DNA of 64,000 bases from Candidatus Dojkabacteria bacterium. GTDB taxonomy: Bacteria > Patescibacteriota > Dojkabacteria > SC72. Within the stretch, counting starts at the first letter, position 1, and each line of letters starts with the position of its first letter. Where the stretch lies: assembly GCA_016182915.1 (NCBI GenBank), contig JACPFP010000002.1:27188-91187 (forward strand), read 5' to 3'. This document shows positions 53,175-63,003 of the stretch, in pieces. Both the position numbers and the translations under genes were made by a program. The notes under the pieces are model-generated. The model made no database searches and was not told the DNA's origin. It was given only the letters and a program-made list of their open reading frames with translations.

Positions 53175-55988
53175 ATGAGTGATGTAAAAGATGAGATTAT
53201 AAAGAGATCCCTGGAAGAGGTAGTAGAGACCCCACAGACAGATGCCAACCTAACTCCTGAACCTGTCTCTGAAGTACTTCCTGAAGTTGAAACAGATGGA
53301 GATGGAGGTGGAGATGATGATGACCTACTTAACTACACATCAGAATTTAAACCAGGAGAGATAGCAGATAGCTCGATCTCCGATGAGATGAAATCTCGAT
53401 ACCTTGACTACTCCATGTCCGTAATTGTATCCCGTGCCCTTCCTGAAGTTAAAGATGGACTAAAACCATCCCAGAGAAGAATCCTCGTTGCAATGAATGA
53501 CATGAACCTAACCCCAAGTGCCCACTACAGAAAATCTGCAAAAATCGCAGGTGACACATCAGGTAACTACCATCCACACGGTGAAGTGGTTATATATCCA
53601 ACGATGGTAAAGATGGCACAGGATTTCTCAACCAGATACCCGTTAGTAGATGGACAAGGAAACTTCGGATCAATAGACGGGGATCCGGCAGCAGCAATGA
53701 GATACACTGAGGCAAAGATGTCAAAGATCGCCCTTGAACTTCTAAAGGATCTTGAAAAAGGAACCGTCCCTTTCATACTAAACTATGACGGAACAAGATT
53801 AGAACCAACTGTTCTTCCCGCAGCAATACCACAACTTCTAACAAATGGAAGCGATGGTATCGCCGTTGGAATGGCAACAAAGATTCCCCCACACAACCTT
53901 TCTGAGCTTGTAAAAGCCCTTAGAGAAATGATTAAGAAGGGAAACGCATGGAAGGAAAGCGCTATATACGACACCCTAAGAATTGAAAGAGAGAAAGGAG
54001 AACGTATCCCAATGACACTAGATCCAAGACCAGTCGAATACCTTGGAAACTACATAAACAAGTTTGATTTGAACTTCGAAGAGAAAGTTCACCAGCTCAA
54101 AGCCAGACTAAAGGCAGGAGAGCACCTATACCCAGAATTTAAGTCAGAAATAACTCCAGAAGAGTTAATGGATATAGTTCCCGGACCAGATTTCCCAACC
54201 GGTGGAATCATATATGACAGAAACGAGATTTTAAATGCATACTCAACAGGGCGAGGAAGAATACTTCAGAGGGCAAAGGCCTCAATTGAAGAGGGAAGTA
54301 AAGGAAAGTTCCAGATTATAGTCACAGAAATCCCATATCAGGTTAATAAAGCATACCTCATCGAAAAGATTGCTGATCTAGTAAAGGATAAGAAGGTAGA
54401 AGGAATTTCGGATATTAGAGACGAGTCAAACAGAGAAGGAATGAGAGTTGTAATAATCCTTAAAAAGGATGTACAACCTAAAGCTATCCTGAACAAACTC
54501 TACAAGTATACCGAGATGCAAAAGGTATTTAATGCGAATATGATTGCACTTGTTGAACAGGAACCTAAGACTCTCCCACTAAAACAGATGTTAGAGCTCT
54601 TCCTAAGCTTCAGAATATCGGTAGTAATCAGAAGGTTTGAATTTGATCTAGCAGAATCAAGGTATAGAGCACATATACTCGAAGGTCTTCTAAAGGCCCT
54701 TGATATTCTTGATGAGATTATTGCAACAATTCGCGGATCAAAGACACAGGAAGAGGCCAAAACAAATTTGATTGAAAAATATGAATTCACAGAAGTACAA
54801 GCACAGGCCATTCTCGAGATGCAGTTGCGAAAACTTGCAGCTCTTGAAAGAGAGAAACTTCAGAATGAATTCAAAGAACTGACGGAGAAGATTAAGGAAT
54901 ATATAGCAACCCTTGCAGATCCAAGCATGATATTAAAAGTAATTGATGGTGAACTCGCAGAGGTACTTGAGAAGCATGGTGATGCAAGAAGAAGTAAAGT
55001 GATAAAAGGAAAGGTTGATGAGATTTCGGAAGAGGATATGGTAGCTTCAGAAGATACACTAGTAACCCTAAGCCACTCCGGATATATAAAAAGAATCCCT
55101 CCAGATACATACAGAACTCAGAATAGAGGCGGGAAGGGTGTAACAGGAGCTACAACTAAAGAAGATGACTGGATTTCCCATGCAATACTATGTAATACAC
55201 ATGATGACCTAATGTTCTTCAGCAATAAGGGAAGAGTGTTCAGGATTAGAGCCTTTGAAATTCCTGAATATGGAAGAACAGCAAAGGGAATTCCAATTGT
55301 TAACCTCATTACCCTTGAACAGGGAGAATTAGTAACAAGTGTTTTGAATATGAGCAGAGGAACAGACGAGAAGGGGGCCAAGTATATGTATCTCTTCATG
55401 GCAACTCGAAAAGGAACGGTTAAGAAGACTGATATAAGTGACTTCGATAAGATTAGAGCCACGGGATTGATCGCCGCAAAACTTGAAGGGAATGATGAGT
55501 TGCTAACAGTTGAACCGACCTCAGGTGAGCATGACATAATCCTTGTTACAAAGGAAGGAAAGAATATCAGATTTAAGGAAGAAGATGTACGACCAACAGG
55601 TAGGAACACAATGGGAGTAAGAGGGATTAAGTTTGCAAAGGAGAATGATGAGGTAATATCAATGGAAGCTCTATCTTCGGATGAAGGCACTCTTCTCACA
55701 ATTTCAGAATTTGGATTCGGTAAGAAGAGCAAACTGTCAGGATATGCAACACAGGGGAGGGGAGGATCAGGAGTATTCACCTTCAGAGTTAACGGGAAAA
55801 CTGGAAAGCTGGTTGTAGCTAAAGTAATTGGAAATACTGCGGAGAGTGACATTGTTCTAATATCTGAGAAGGGAGTAATTATAAGAACTCAAACCAAAGA
55901 TCTTCCAACCCTTGGAAGACAGACATCTGGTGTTAAAGTCATGAACGTCGGTAAAGAGGATAAGGTGTCGGCAATGGCTGTAATCTAG
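53175..55988 (+). CDS. gyrA: DNA gyrase subunit A
   Basis: 937 aa. The active-site Tyr sits in [14 protein letters not shown]-terminal beta-pinwheel with a GyrA box-like region is present. There is an acidic N-terminal extension ([10 protein letters not shown]). Confidence 0.95.
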   Translation: MSDVKDEIIKRSLEEVVETPQTDANLTPEPVSEVLPEVETDGDGGGDDDDLLNYTSEFKPGEIADSSISDEMKSRYLDYSMSVIVSRALPEVKDGLKPSQRRILVAMNDMNLTPSAHYRKSAKIAGDTSGNYHPHGEVVIYPTMVKMAQDFSTRYPLVDGQGNFGSIDGDPAAAMRYTEAKMSKIALELLKDLEKGTVPFILNYDGTRLEPTVLPAAIPQLLTNGSDGIAVGMATKIPPHNLSELVKALREMIKKGNAWKESAIYDTLRIEREKGERIPMTLDPRPVEYLGNYINKFDLNFEEKVHQLKARLKAGEHLYPEFKSEITPEELMDIVPGPDFPTGGIIYDRNEILNAYSTGRGRILQRAKASIEEGSKGKFQIIVTEIPYQVNKAYLIEKIADLVKDKKVEGISDIRDESNREGMRVVIILKKDVQPKAILNKLYKYTEMQKVFNANMIALVEQEPKTLPLKQMLELFLSFRISVVIRRFEFDLAESRYRAHILEGLLKALDILDEIIATIRGSKTQEEAKTNLIEKYEFTEVQAQAILEMQLRKLAALEREKLQNEFKELTEKIKEYIATLADPSMILKVIDGELAEVLEKHGDARRSKVIKGKVDEISEEDMVASEDTLVTLSHSGYIKRIPPDTYRTQNRGGKGVTGATTKEDDWISHAILCNTHDDLMFFSNKGRVFRIRAFEIPEYGRTAKGIPIVNLITLEQGELVTSVLNMSRGTDEKGAKYMYLFMATRKGTVKKTDISDFDKIRATGLIAAKLEGNDELLTVEPTSGEHDIILVTKEGKNIRFKEEDVRPTGRNTMGVRGIKFAKENDEVISMEALSSDEGTLLTISEFGFGKKSKLSGYATQGRGGSGVFTFRVNGKTGKLVVAKVIGNTAESDIVLISEKGVIIRTQTKDLPTLGRQTSGVKVMNVGKEDKVSAMAVI

Positions 55989-56019
55989 AACCTGGTTATA
56001 CAAATTTATAAAAAAATAT

Positions 56020-56628
56020 ATGCATACAAAGTACATTAATAGATTGAATACAAGTAAAAAGGTATTAGGAATACTAACCCTTAGTGACTTCAGTACCTGG
56101 TCCAGTGCAAACTTAACTGCGGTAATATTCACCCTTTTCGCTTTAGATCAGATCCAAGGGGCAACGATTACAGATGTAGGTTTCTCTTCATTGGTTTTTC
56201 TTGCGGTAAGTGCGGTTCTTAATATTCCTCTAGGTAGGTTGCTAGACAAAACTAATGGTTTTTTGGATGAGAACTATGTACTAGTTGCTTCATCTGTTGT
56301 ACGTGGAGTTGCCTTAATCCTTCTTGCATACTCAACCGCTATCTGGCAATTATATCTTCTTCAAGCAATTCTAGGGGTTGCGAGGTCAATGAACTATGTA
56401 TCATGGAGAGTTCTGTTTAGTAAATTCTTGGATCCTAAGCATGTTGGAGAGCAGTGGAGTATATATGATTCAATCATTGCAATTGGTTTGGGCTTTGCCG
56501 CTCTAATTGGTGGATACATTGGCGACCATTTCCCATTCTCATATGTCATATTTATAGCAGGTGTGGTAACGGTAATTGGTGGAATATTCCCCCTTTTCAT
56601 TCATAAAGAGATTAAAGAGACTCTTTGA
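56020..56628 (+). CDS. membrane protein resembling the C-terminal half of an MFS transporter
   Basis: 202 aa with about 6 TM helices. It starts 32 bp after gyrA. It could be a half-transporter or a truncated gene. Confidence 0.4.
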   Translation: MHTKYINRLNTSKKVLGILTLSDFSTWSSANLTAVIFTLFALDQIQGATITDVGFSSLVFLAVSAVLNIPLGRLLDKTNGFLDENYVLVASSVVRGVALILLAYSTAIWQLYLLQAILGVARSMNYVSWRVLFSKFLDPKHVGEQWSIYDSIIAIGLGFAALIGGYIGDHFPFSYVIFIAGVVTVIGGIFPLFIHKEIKETL

Positions 56629-56662
56629 CCCTGATTCAATTTTCAATACTGTATAATGTAGT

Positions 56663-57544
56663 ATGAAATCCAAGAGATTAAAAACAGTCTTAATTCTGCT
56701 ACTCATCTTTCTTCTCGGATACTTTGCCGTAGACTTTCTTCCAACGAAAAAGGGATCAGAAAGCAATCTAAGTGAGAATACAGTTGTAGTTGGGGAAACG
56801 AAAGATTCAGGATTAAATGAGACAAAGCCCCTTCCAAAACCAAACTCGTTGGAGGAATATAATAAGGTAGAGGAACCTGCTGTTGAGAAACCTTCAGATA
56901 CAACAACAACCCCTGCAAAAGATAAATGGTGGGCATATCCGAAAGAAATTAAAGAGACCACAAGGTCTGGAGATGACTTGTTAGTTCTTGTAAATAAGGA
57001 GTACAAACTACCGTCAACCTATGCTCCAAAAGATCTGGTATATGCAAATACAAGTGGTATTAGGGTAACAACAGTCAAGAGCTACATGTTAAGGAGTATC
57101 GTAATTAATGATCTTAAGGCTCTTAATGATGATGCGAAGTTAGCAGGATTAGACCTAAGTGTAATCTCAGGATATCGTTCATACAGTACCCAAGCGAGTA
57201 CATACCAGTATTGGGTAAACTATAATGGGGGAAATGCCGATGTGGTAGATCAGATATCAGCAAGACCAGGACATAGTCAACATCAGTTAGGTACAGCAAT
57301 GGATTTTAGTAGTAGTGAGATTGGGGATAGATTAGGTAGTGAGTTTGATAATACAAAGGCAGGGGAGTGGTTAGCAGAGAACGCATGGAAATATGGTTTT
57401 GTTATCTCATATCCTAAAGGATTTGAAAGGGTAACGGGATATGATTATGAGAGTTGGCACTATAGATATATAGGAAGAGAGAATGCCAAAGAAATGAAGG
57501 ATAGTGGGGAGATATTGGAGGTGTGGTTGAGAGGGAAGAACTAA
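56663..57544 (+). CDS. M15B family D-Ala-D-Ala carboxypeptidase (VanY-like)
   Basis: 293 aa with an N-terminal TM anchor. Catalytic motifs are SGYRSY, GHSQHQLGTAMDF and ESWHYRY. Confidence 0.8.
   Translation: MKSKRLKTVLILLLIFLLGYFAVDFLPTKKGSESNLSENTVVVGETKDSGLNETKPLPKPNSLEEYNKVEEPAVEKPSDTTTTPAKDKWWAYPKEIKETTRSGDDLLVLVNKEYKLPSTYAPKDLVYANTSGIRVTTVKSYMLRSIVINDLKALNDDAKLAGLDLSVISGYRSYSTQASTYQYWVNYNGGNADVVDQISARPGHSQHQLGTAMDFSSSEIGDRLGSEFDNTKAGEWLAENAWKYGFVISYPKGFERVTGYDYESWHYRYIGRENAKEMKDSGEILEVWLRGKN
57387..57535 (+). repeat. direct repeat copy 1 (3' end of the M15B peptidase gene)
   Basis: About 150 bp that is ~88% identical to 57888..58036 by eye alignment. Confidence 0.7.
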
Positions 57545-57579
57545 CGGATAGTTTTATTTTTCCCATCAGAAGCTATTAG

Positions 57580-57798
57580 TTATAACTGTCCGATATTATC
57601 GGACACTTCATAATATCCTTCTATTTTAAGTTTCCTTTTCAAGTCATTCCAATACTTTCTAGGTCTTTCAGTTTGAGTTAATGCTTGAATAATATCGATG
57701 ATCGAAAACCACCACTCATTCCTATATATGGTCTTACGTATCTCCCTACCTTTAAATATTGCTATCTTTGTTGATTCCATTAAAAAGGCGTTGTTCAT
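57580..57798 (-). CDS. Bro-N domain fragment (phage/MGE antirepressor-like remnant)
   Basis: 72 aa. The segment IAIFKGREIRKTIYRNEWWFSIIDIIQAL matches the Bro-N core (F...IR......WF...D...AL). It is far shorter than intact Bro proteins. Confidence 0.4.
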   Translation of the reverse strand: MNNAFLMESTKIAIFKGREIRKTIYRNEWWFSIIDIIQALTQTERPRKYWNDLKRKLKIEGYYEVSDNIGQL

Positions 57799-57868
57799 AT
57801 TAGATACCTACATTCTATCAGAATATTATGAATGATATGTGAATGAACGGATATGGTAGGGGGGAAGT

Positions 57869-58051
57869 TTGAAGAGGACAGAGGAATGGAAATACGCTTT
57901 TGTTATCTCATATCCAAAAAGTTTTGAAAGGGTAACAAGGTATGATTGTGAGAGTTGGCACCCTAGATATATAGGTAGAGAGAATGCGAAAGAGATGAAG
58001 GAGAGTGGGGGGATATTGGAGGTGTGGTTGAGAGGGTATGTTATAATCTAA
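57869..58051 (+). pseudogene. displaced or duplicated 3' fragment of the M15B peptidase gene
   Basis: The 60-aa ORF translates to WKYAFVISYPKSFERVTRYDCESWHPRYIGRENAKEMKESGGILEVWLRG. This is near-identical to the C-terminus of the 56663..57544 product. It lacks the rest of the gene. Confidence 0.55.
57888..58036 (+). repeat. direct repeat copy 2
   Basis: The second ~150-bp copy, lying about 500 bp downstream of copy 1. Confidence 0.7.
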
Positions 58052-58077
58052 GCAGAAATACTTAATTAAAGTCATTT

Positions 58078-59115
58078 ATGTCAGTACTTTCAGGCCTTAG
58101 TATCGATGACAACAAGATACAACAGCACATACTGCACTCTGAAGAAAACCCTATTAAACCCATAGCAATAATTGATAGTAACTTAGAGCCTCTTAGAAAG
58201 GGAGAACAAGATATGACTAGTATCTTTTATCAAACGGTCGAGGATATAGTAAAGTTCGCAAAATCCTACGACAATGAAGAGTTTACAGGACAAGATTATG
58301 AAGACTTTAACCAGATTGCAAGATCAACAATCGAAAATGATTTTAAAATAGACTTCGATGAAGAAGTCAGAGTAGCAAGACAGGGTATGGCTCGATTAAT
58401 CAACCAATTAAATATTCCAATAGATCTAAAGCGTGTATTAGCAATATCTCTTGACTCGGCAGCTTTTGATACAGATTCAAACGTAATAACAATGCAACCC
58501 ACAAATGAAGACTTTTTCAGGAGAATAAACCTTTCCCCTGCAGTAATTTTTGCTGAAGCTAACATATTGGCAAGATCTACGAAGCAAGAACTCTCACCCC
58601 AAATGATTCGTACTCTAATTCATCAGTCAGCTGCTCACGAGTTAGGCCATTTAATCGACCACACAGTAAGTTACCGACAGGGTTTTCAAAACTCCTCAGC
58701 CTCAGTACATCAAATTGCGCATATTGATTGGGATTACCCAATTGACTATCAGAATGAAGGCAATGTTCTTAATCCTTTAAAGGAGATTATTATCGCAGAG
58801 CGTTTCGCAGGATTTTTCGCTAAAGAGCTCATTGCTGGATTACCAGATAGCTCTGCATTCTTAAATGATGCAGCAAGAGTTAAAATCGGATTTGGACATA
58901 TAAAGCAGTTGCACATTGAAGACTTAGTATTTACGATATATGCAGCGATGGCACAGTTGGAGGAGAACTCCAGAGGAGTAAAAGTTCTAGTTCATACTAT
59001 AATGGACATGGTAATATGTAATAATTCATTGGCAGAAATATTCAGCTTTAAGCAAGATGAAGTTGAAAAGATATTAATTCAAGAGTATGAAAAAGAGCTC
59101 CTAAATGAGAAATAA
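58078..59115 (+). CDS. HExxH metallopeptidase-like protein (ImmA/IrrE-like)
   Basis: 345 aa cytoplasmic protein. The motif AAHELGHLIDH (HEXXH + downstream H) is the ImmA/IrrE-type zinc site. There is no other similarity I can verify. Confidence 0.35.
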   Translation: MSVLSGLSIDDNKIQQHILHSEENPIKPIAIIDSNLEPLRKGEQDMTSIFYQTVEDIVKFAKSYDNEEFTGQDYEDFNQIARSTIENDFKIDFDEEVRVARQGMARLINQLNIPIDLKRVLAISLDSAAFDTDSNVITMQPTNEDFFRRINLSPAVIFAEANILARSTKQELSPQMIRTLIHQSAAHELGHLIDHTVSYRQGFQNSSASVHQIAHIDWDYPIDYQNEGNVLNPLKEIIIAERFAGFFAKELIAGLPDSSAFLNDAARVKIGFGHIKQLHIEDLVFTIYAAMAQLEENSRGVKVLVHTIMDMVICNNSLAEIFSFKQDEVEKILIQEYEKELLNEK

Positions 59116-59794
59116 ACTCTTCAAAAAAATAGGCTCTTTATACATCACAATAGGATTATTCCTTATAGTAGGGGCGATTGGACTGATTGCTTATCCGCAA
59201 GCACCCTTTATTATGTCCTTTCTATCAATTAACTCTCCGGAAATTGAAGTAAGTTCATTAACGGTCGAAGCTGCAGATTTCGAGATAACACCAACTAATA
59301 CTGAGCCACCACCCCGAGGACCTCAACTACCACCAGTATTGCCACAAGTACAGACCAAACAAAAAACACTAGAAATTCCCTCAATAGGAATTATTTCACC
59401 AATAGATAGTAATACAAACGCAGAAGTTTCATTAAAACAAGGAACTTGGATAGTACCAAGTTTTTCAAAACCCGACGAAAAGTTTCTGAACCCAAGCAAA
59501 CCTCCTGTAATTCTTGCCGCCCATAGATTTGGATATTCAGACTGGTCAATAGAGAAAAGAGGCAGGATTTCATTCTACAACCTACCATCATTGGAAAAAG
59601 GCGATAAGGTAAATATCCTCTGGGAGGGAAGAAAGTACACATATAAGGTCACGGACGGAGATGAGAATAAATTCATCAAGAAAGGGAACTTTGATTTGGT
59701 ACTTTATACGTGTAAGCTTTACAATTCTCCCCTTCGAATTTTTAGGTATGCCAAGCTTATTTCTATAAATGAAATACGGGTTGAGTTGCTTTAG
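59105..59794 (+). CDS. sortase-like transpeptidase (second paralog)
   Basis: 229 aa with an N-terminal TM anchor. The His is in ILAAHRF. The Cys is in LVLYTCKL. A downstream Arg is in RIFRY. It shares the AHRF motif with the 30272 sortase. Confidence 0.55.
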   Translation: MRNKLFKKIGSLYITIGLFLIVGAIGLIAYPQAPFIMSFLSINSPEIEVSSLTVEAADFEITPTNTEPPPRGPQLPPVLPQVQTKQKTLEIPSIGIISPIDSNTNAEVSLKQGTWIVPSFSKPDEKFLNPSKPPVILAAHRFGYSDWSIEKRGRISFYNLPSLEKGDKVNILWEGRKYTYKVTDGDENKFIKKGNFDLVLYTCKLYNSPLRIFRYAKLISINEIRVELL

Positions 59795-59854
59795 ACTAAT
59801 TAAGATATGATTAAAAGATCTACATAGACTCCCTCAAACTTCATGTGATATTAT

Positions 59855-60310
59855 TTGTCAATGAATAAATTACCCACAGACTTTGAAATAATCCCACACA
59901 ATTATGAGACTGGGAGTAAGCCAATTCCAGGATCTTTGCTAAATGTTTGGGAAAGTGTTGAACCAGAAGTCAGAAATGATATGAAAATCCTAGCCTATGA
60001 AGAAGATGACGTACAGGAAATTCGATTTTCTTCTCCCAATATTATTGCCTGCCCAAATTCAGAAGAGGGGATTGAAAAAGTCCTGAAAGAGGGTAAAGTC
60101 GGTAGAGAAAAGATGTTTGAACAGCTCAGTATTACCGATAATAGATTCCTCCAGCTAGCATTTTATATCTACAACGAGCACTGCCACCTCCTTCAGTTTA
60201 AGAGAGGGAAATTAAAACCATTTCAACCGAACTTTGAAGTTAAAGAACTAGAGAAAGAAGCTGATGAATATGCGTACAAAAAAATAGCCGCAATGCAACA
60301 AAAGTCATAA
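59855..60310 (+). CDS. hypothetical protein
   Basis: 151 aa soluble ORF. Confidence 0.45.
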   Translation: MSMNKLPTDFEIIPHNYETGSKPIPGSLLNVWESVEPEVRNDMKILAYEEDDVQEIRFSSPNIIACPNSEEGIEKVLKEGKVGREKMFEQLSITDNRFLQLAFYIYNEHCHLLQFKRGKLKPFQPNFEVKELEKEADEYAYKKIAAMQQKS

Positions 60311-60421
60311 ACACTACACAATTTCTTAGCTTTTCACCATTTATCTAGGTCATAAGCTTGTATCTTCTCCTATCTTATAGTATAATTCTCCCATAGTTTT
60401 TAACTGCTAAATAAGAAGATT

Positions 60422-60637
60422 ATGAAAAACTTTGGAACAAAATTAACAATTGCAATAGCACTCTTAGTGTCTAACGCTACTTCTGCATTTGCAGATGGAT
60501 ATGGTCACGTTCCTGTTGATACCGCATTCGAGCTAGATGGTAAAACCATCTCAGCAATCCTTTCTATAGCATTGTTCTTTATTGGAGCAATCTTTGTAGT
60601 AGAAGGGGTCTTTTTCAAAAACGCTTCAAAAGTATAA
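60422..60637 (+). CDS. small secreted/membrane protein
   Basis: 71 aa. It has a signal peptide (AFA|DG) plus a C-terminal TM helix. Confidence 0.4.
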   Translation: MKNFGTKLTIAIALLVSNATSAFADGYGHVPVDTAFELDGKTISAILSIALFFIGAIFVVEGVFFKNASKV

Positions 60638-60878
60638 CAAATATTGTTATCTAGATTACCTTTTTTCATTCCTAGTTTTTTTGCTCATTAAAAATATATA
60701 CTAGTACAGGGAGTAATCAGGTAATGATTTTAATCGTTGCTTGATTATCTCCTTGGATTATATTCTCCTTATTCTTTACATTTGCTTACACGATAAACAA
60801 GTATCTAATACAATATTTGGATATTAGTTTGTCGTGTAAGTTAAAATATATATGAAAGAAAACTAGGAGAATTGTAAT

Positions 60879-61232
60879 ATGGACAAGTATAGAATAAGTT
60901 TGCTTTTAACTGGAGCTGGGGCTTTTTCAATTCATATGATAGAGGTCTGGTACGGACCAATGGGAATAGATCTAGTCCTATTGGCAATGCTCACCTCGAT
61001 GGTAGCGACGTTTGTTGCGGCATGGATGTCATTCCGAAAGGGGCTTTGGGAAGTAGGATTCTTCATGATGGCAGCGATGTTAACATCACTGGCGCTACCG
61101 ATGACCTATGTGGTAATGAATATGGAAATTTCCTCCTTCACCAAATTTGCAACATATCTCATTTGGAGCGCAATTCCACTTGTCATCATGGTCGTTGGAC
61201 TTGTCACCAACCGAGGAGATAACAAAAATTAG
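60879..61232 (+). CDS. small polytopic membrane protein
   Basis: 117 aa with 3-4 TM helices. Confidence 0.45.
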   Translation: MDKYRISLLLTGAGAFSIHMIEVWYGPMGIDLVLLAMLTSMVATFVAAWMSFRKGLWEVGFFMMAAMLTSLALPMTYVVMNMEISSFTKFATYLIWSAIPLVIMVVGLVTNRGDNKN

Positions 61233-61688
61233 TGCATAGCTAAACCTTGCACTAACAGGTGCTCTTAAAAATCAATTTAGGAGCACCTGGTTATCTCATG
61301 TACTAGTACTAGATAGTAACCTATAGCGTGGACTTTTTAGCTATTTTTTTGTATAATATTACATATATCTGCTCATTTAAAAAAAAATTCAACTATATAT
61401 AAAAGAAAGATTCTAGAGATATTTATATATCTTTTTAATGTTTCTTTTATAAGAAACAAAGTTCTTTAAAATACCTTGTATTGTGTGATATTTAATATCC
61501 ACTTTTATACAAGAATTACTAGAGATGGATGAATTATGGAAAGGGTAGGGGATAGGAAACTCCTATTTTGATTCAATGGCCACTATTTAGTGCGTAGGTA
61601 GTTGTAAGTAAACACCAGATACAAATATGTTTATTTATACATGCCTACCATTCGGGTAGTGTCAGAAGTTAAAAGAAATGGAGCTGAA

Positions 61689-62267
61689 ATGAAACGTATT
61701 ATCCCTATTTTGATGCTGGTATCGGCCCTCCTCTCCGCATGCGGATTGGTTCAGGGAGACTCAGTACCGACATCACCTGACGTGAGCGCGATGCAGACCC
61801 AGTTGGCAGACGCAATCTCAACCGCGACTGTTCAAGCCCAGATTCACGGACTTGAAACGCAAATCGCGGCTGTAAATGCTTCGCCCACTGCAATGCCGAT
61901 TCTGCCCGCGACAACGTCAATTCCGACCCAGATGCCTACCAATACGCCGGTATTGGACAATGCTCTCAAGCATCTGGCTTACTGGACAACCCAGACTGAG
62001 GCTGATCGTTGGCCCAATTTGGAAGACTTCGACATCGTGATTTGTCACGGCGACCCAAATCAACAGGGTAATGCCACGGCAGTGATTTTGGTAAAAGGTT
62101 CTCGTCCCATCGCCGAAAGTGACTTATCCTTGATTTACTTCAATGGATACAGCGGCGAATATAGCCTTCAAAACCATAATCAAATCGTGACCGAAGTTCA
62201 AGACAGTGTGCGTCCACACGTTCCTGGGTTTACCCTCACGAATGTAACGGTGATTTTTCTTCCGTAA
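61689..62267 (+). CDS. lipoprotein of foreign (GC-rich) origin
   Basis: The lipobox LSAC|G is 18 aa after MKRIIPIL. A GGAG sits 7 nt upstream of this ATG. The track ORF starts at 61641 but the upstream extension is unlikely. Local GC is about 50% against a ~34% background. CTG/GCG/CGC codons are enriched here. Confidence 0.6.
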   Translation: MKRIIPILMLVSALLSACGLVQGDSVPTSPDVSAMQTQLADAISTATVQAQIHGLETQIAAVNASPTAMPILPATTSIPTQMPTNTPVLDNALKHLAYWTTQTEADRWPNLEDFDIVICHGDPNQQGNATAVILVKGSRPIAESDLSLIYFNGYSGEYSLQNHNQIVTEVQDSVRPHVPGFTLTNVTVIFLP

Positions 62268-62388
62268 AAGCACATCCGCTCTAGTAACTGGGCTCCCTCC
62301 TGCATTCATTGCTGACATTCATTTGTCGCACGCAGATTGGGAGCCCTTTTACTTTATATACCCATACTATTGTTATATACTTTCTCTA

Positions 62389-63003
62389 ATGAAGCTACTT
62401 TTTAAAATAAAAATAATACTAATCATACTCATAGGATTACCTATATCCGTATATTATGGACTTAGGTTTTTTGATGAGCCAATGTACTATGAATTTAATA
62501 ATCGTTCGTATGTTGTAACACTTCCAAGCAGGGTATGGTTCGAAATAGATACATCGTTAGATCAATTTGTAGAGAAAGAAGACGTAGGGAATCTATTTAT
62601 CCCTTTTGAAGATAGCCGACCAAACGTAAAAGGAGAGGGAATCAACATTGGTCTCTCATATCCGAAAATAGGTAGCAAGATTGAAGAAAATGGAGTGAGT
62701 AAACATCAGACCCTATCCAGGTTGGGCGATACACTTGTTTTTGACAGTGAAATTAAACTTAAGCCTGAAATACTTCAAAAATACGACACCTATGTCATAA
62801 ACATATTATTTTCACAGTATGGCAGATATGATTATCAAACCAACACATACTCCCAAGAGGGATGTGATGTGAAATTTGAATCAGAAGAAGGAGAGATTTC
62901 GTACCGGGAAGACCAAGCCAAAGTTTTCGTATCATACGAGTTATATCAAGAAAACCTCACAGGTACCATAAGAATTAATGTAAACTGTTTTAATAATGAT
63001 TAA
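62389..63003 (+). CDS. hypothetical membrane-anchored protein
   Basis: The track ORF 62323..63003 starts at TTG. The first ATG at 62389 gives MKLLFKIKIILIILIGLPISVYY, an N-terminal TM anchor, and a protein of 204 aa. Confidence 0.5.
   Translation: MKLLFKIKIILIILIGLPISVYYGLRFFDEPMYYEFNNRSYVVTLPSRVWFEIDTSLDQFVEKEDVGNLFIPFEDSRPNVKGEGINIGLSYPKIGSKIEENGVSKHQTLSRLGDTLVFDSEIKLKPEILQKYDTYVINILFSQYGRYDYQTNTYSQEGCDVKFESEEGEISYREDQAKVFVSYELYQENLTGTIRINVNCFNND

Noticed and set aside
55118-55852. 244-aa minus-strand ORF inside gyrA
   Set aside because: It is antisense to gyrA.
61256-61289. 9-bp inverted repeat CAGGTGCTC...GAGCACCTG after the 60879..61232 ORF
   Set aside because: It has no adjacent T-tract on either strand and a 16-nt loop. 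Not convincing as an intrinsic terminator.
61329-61357. Promoter-like TGGACT-17bp-TATAAT
   Set aside because: It lies about 330 bp upstream of the nearest gene in a very AT-rich spacer, where such matches arise by chance. It is not supported enough to report as a feature.
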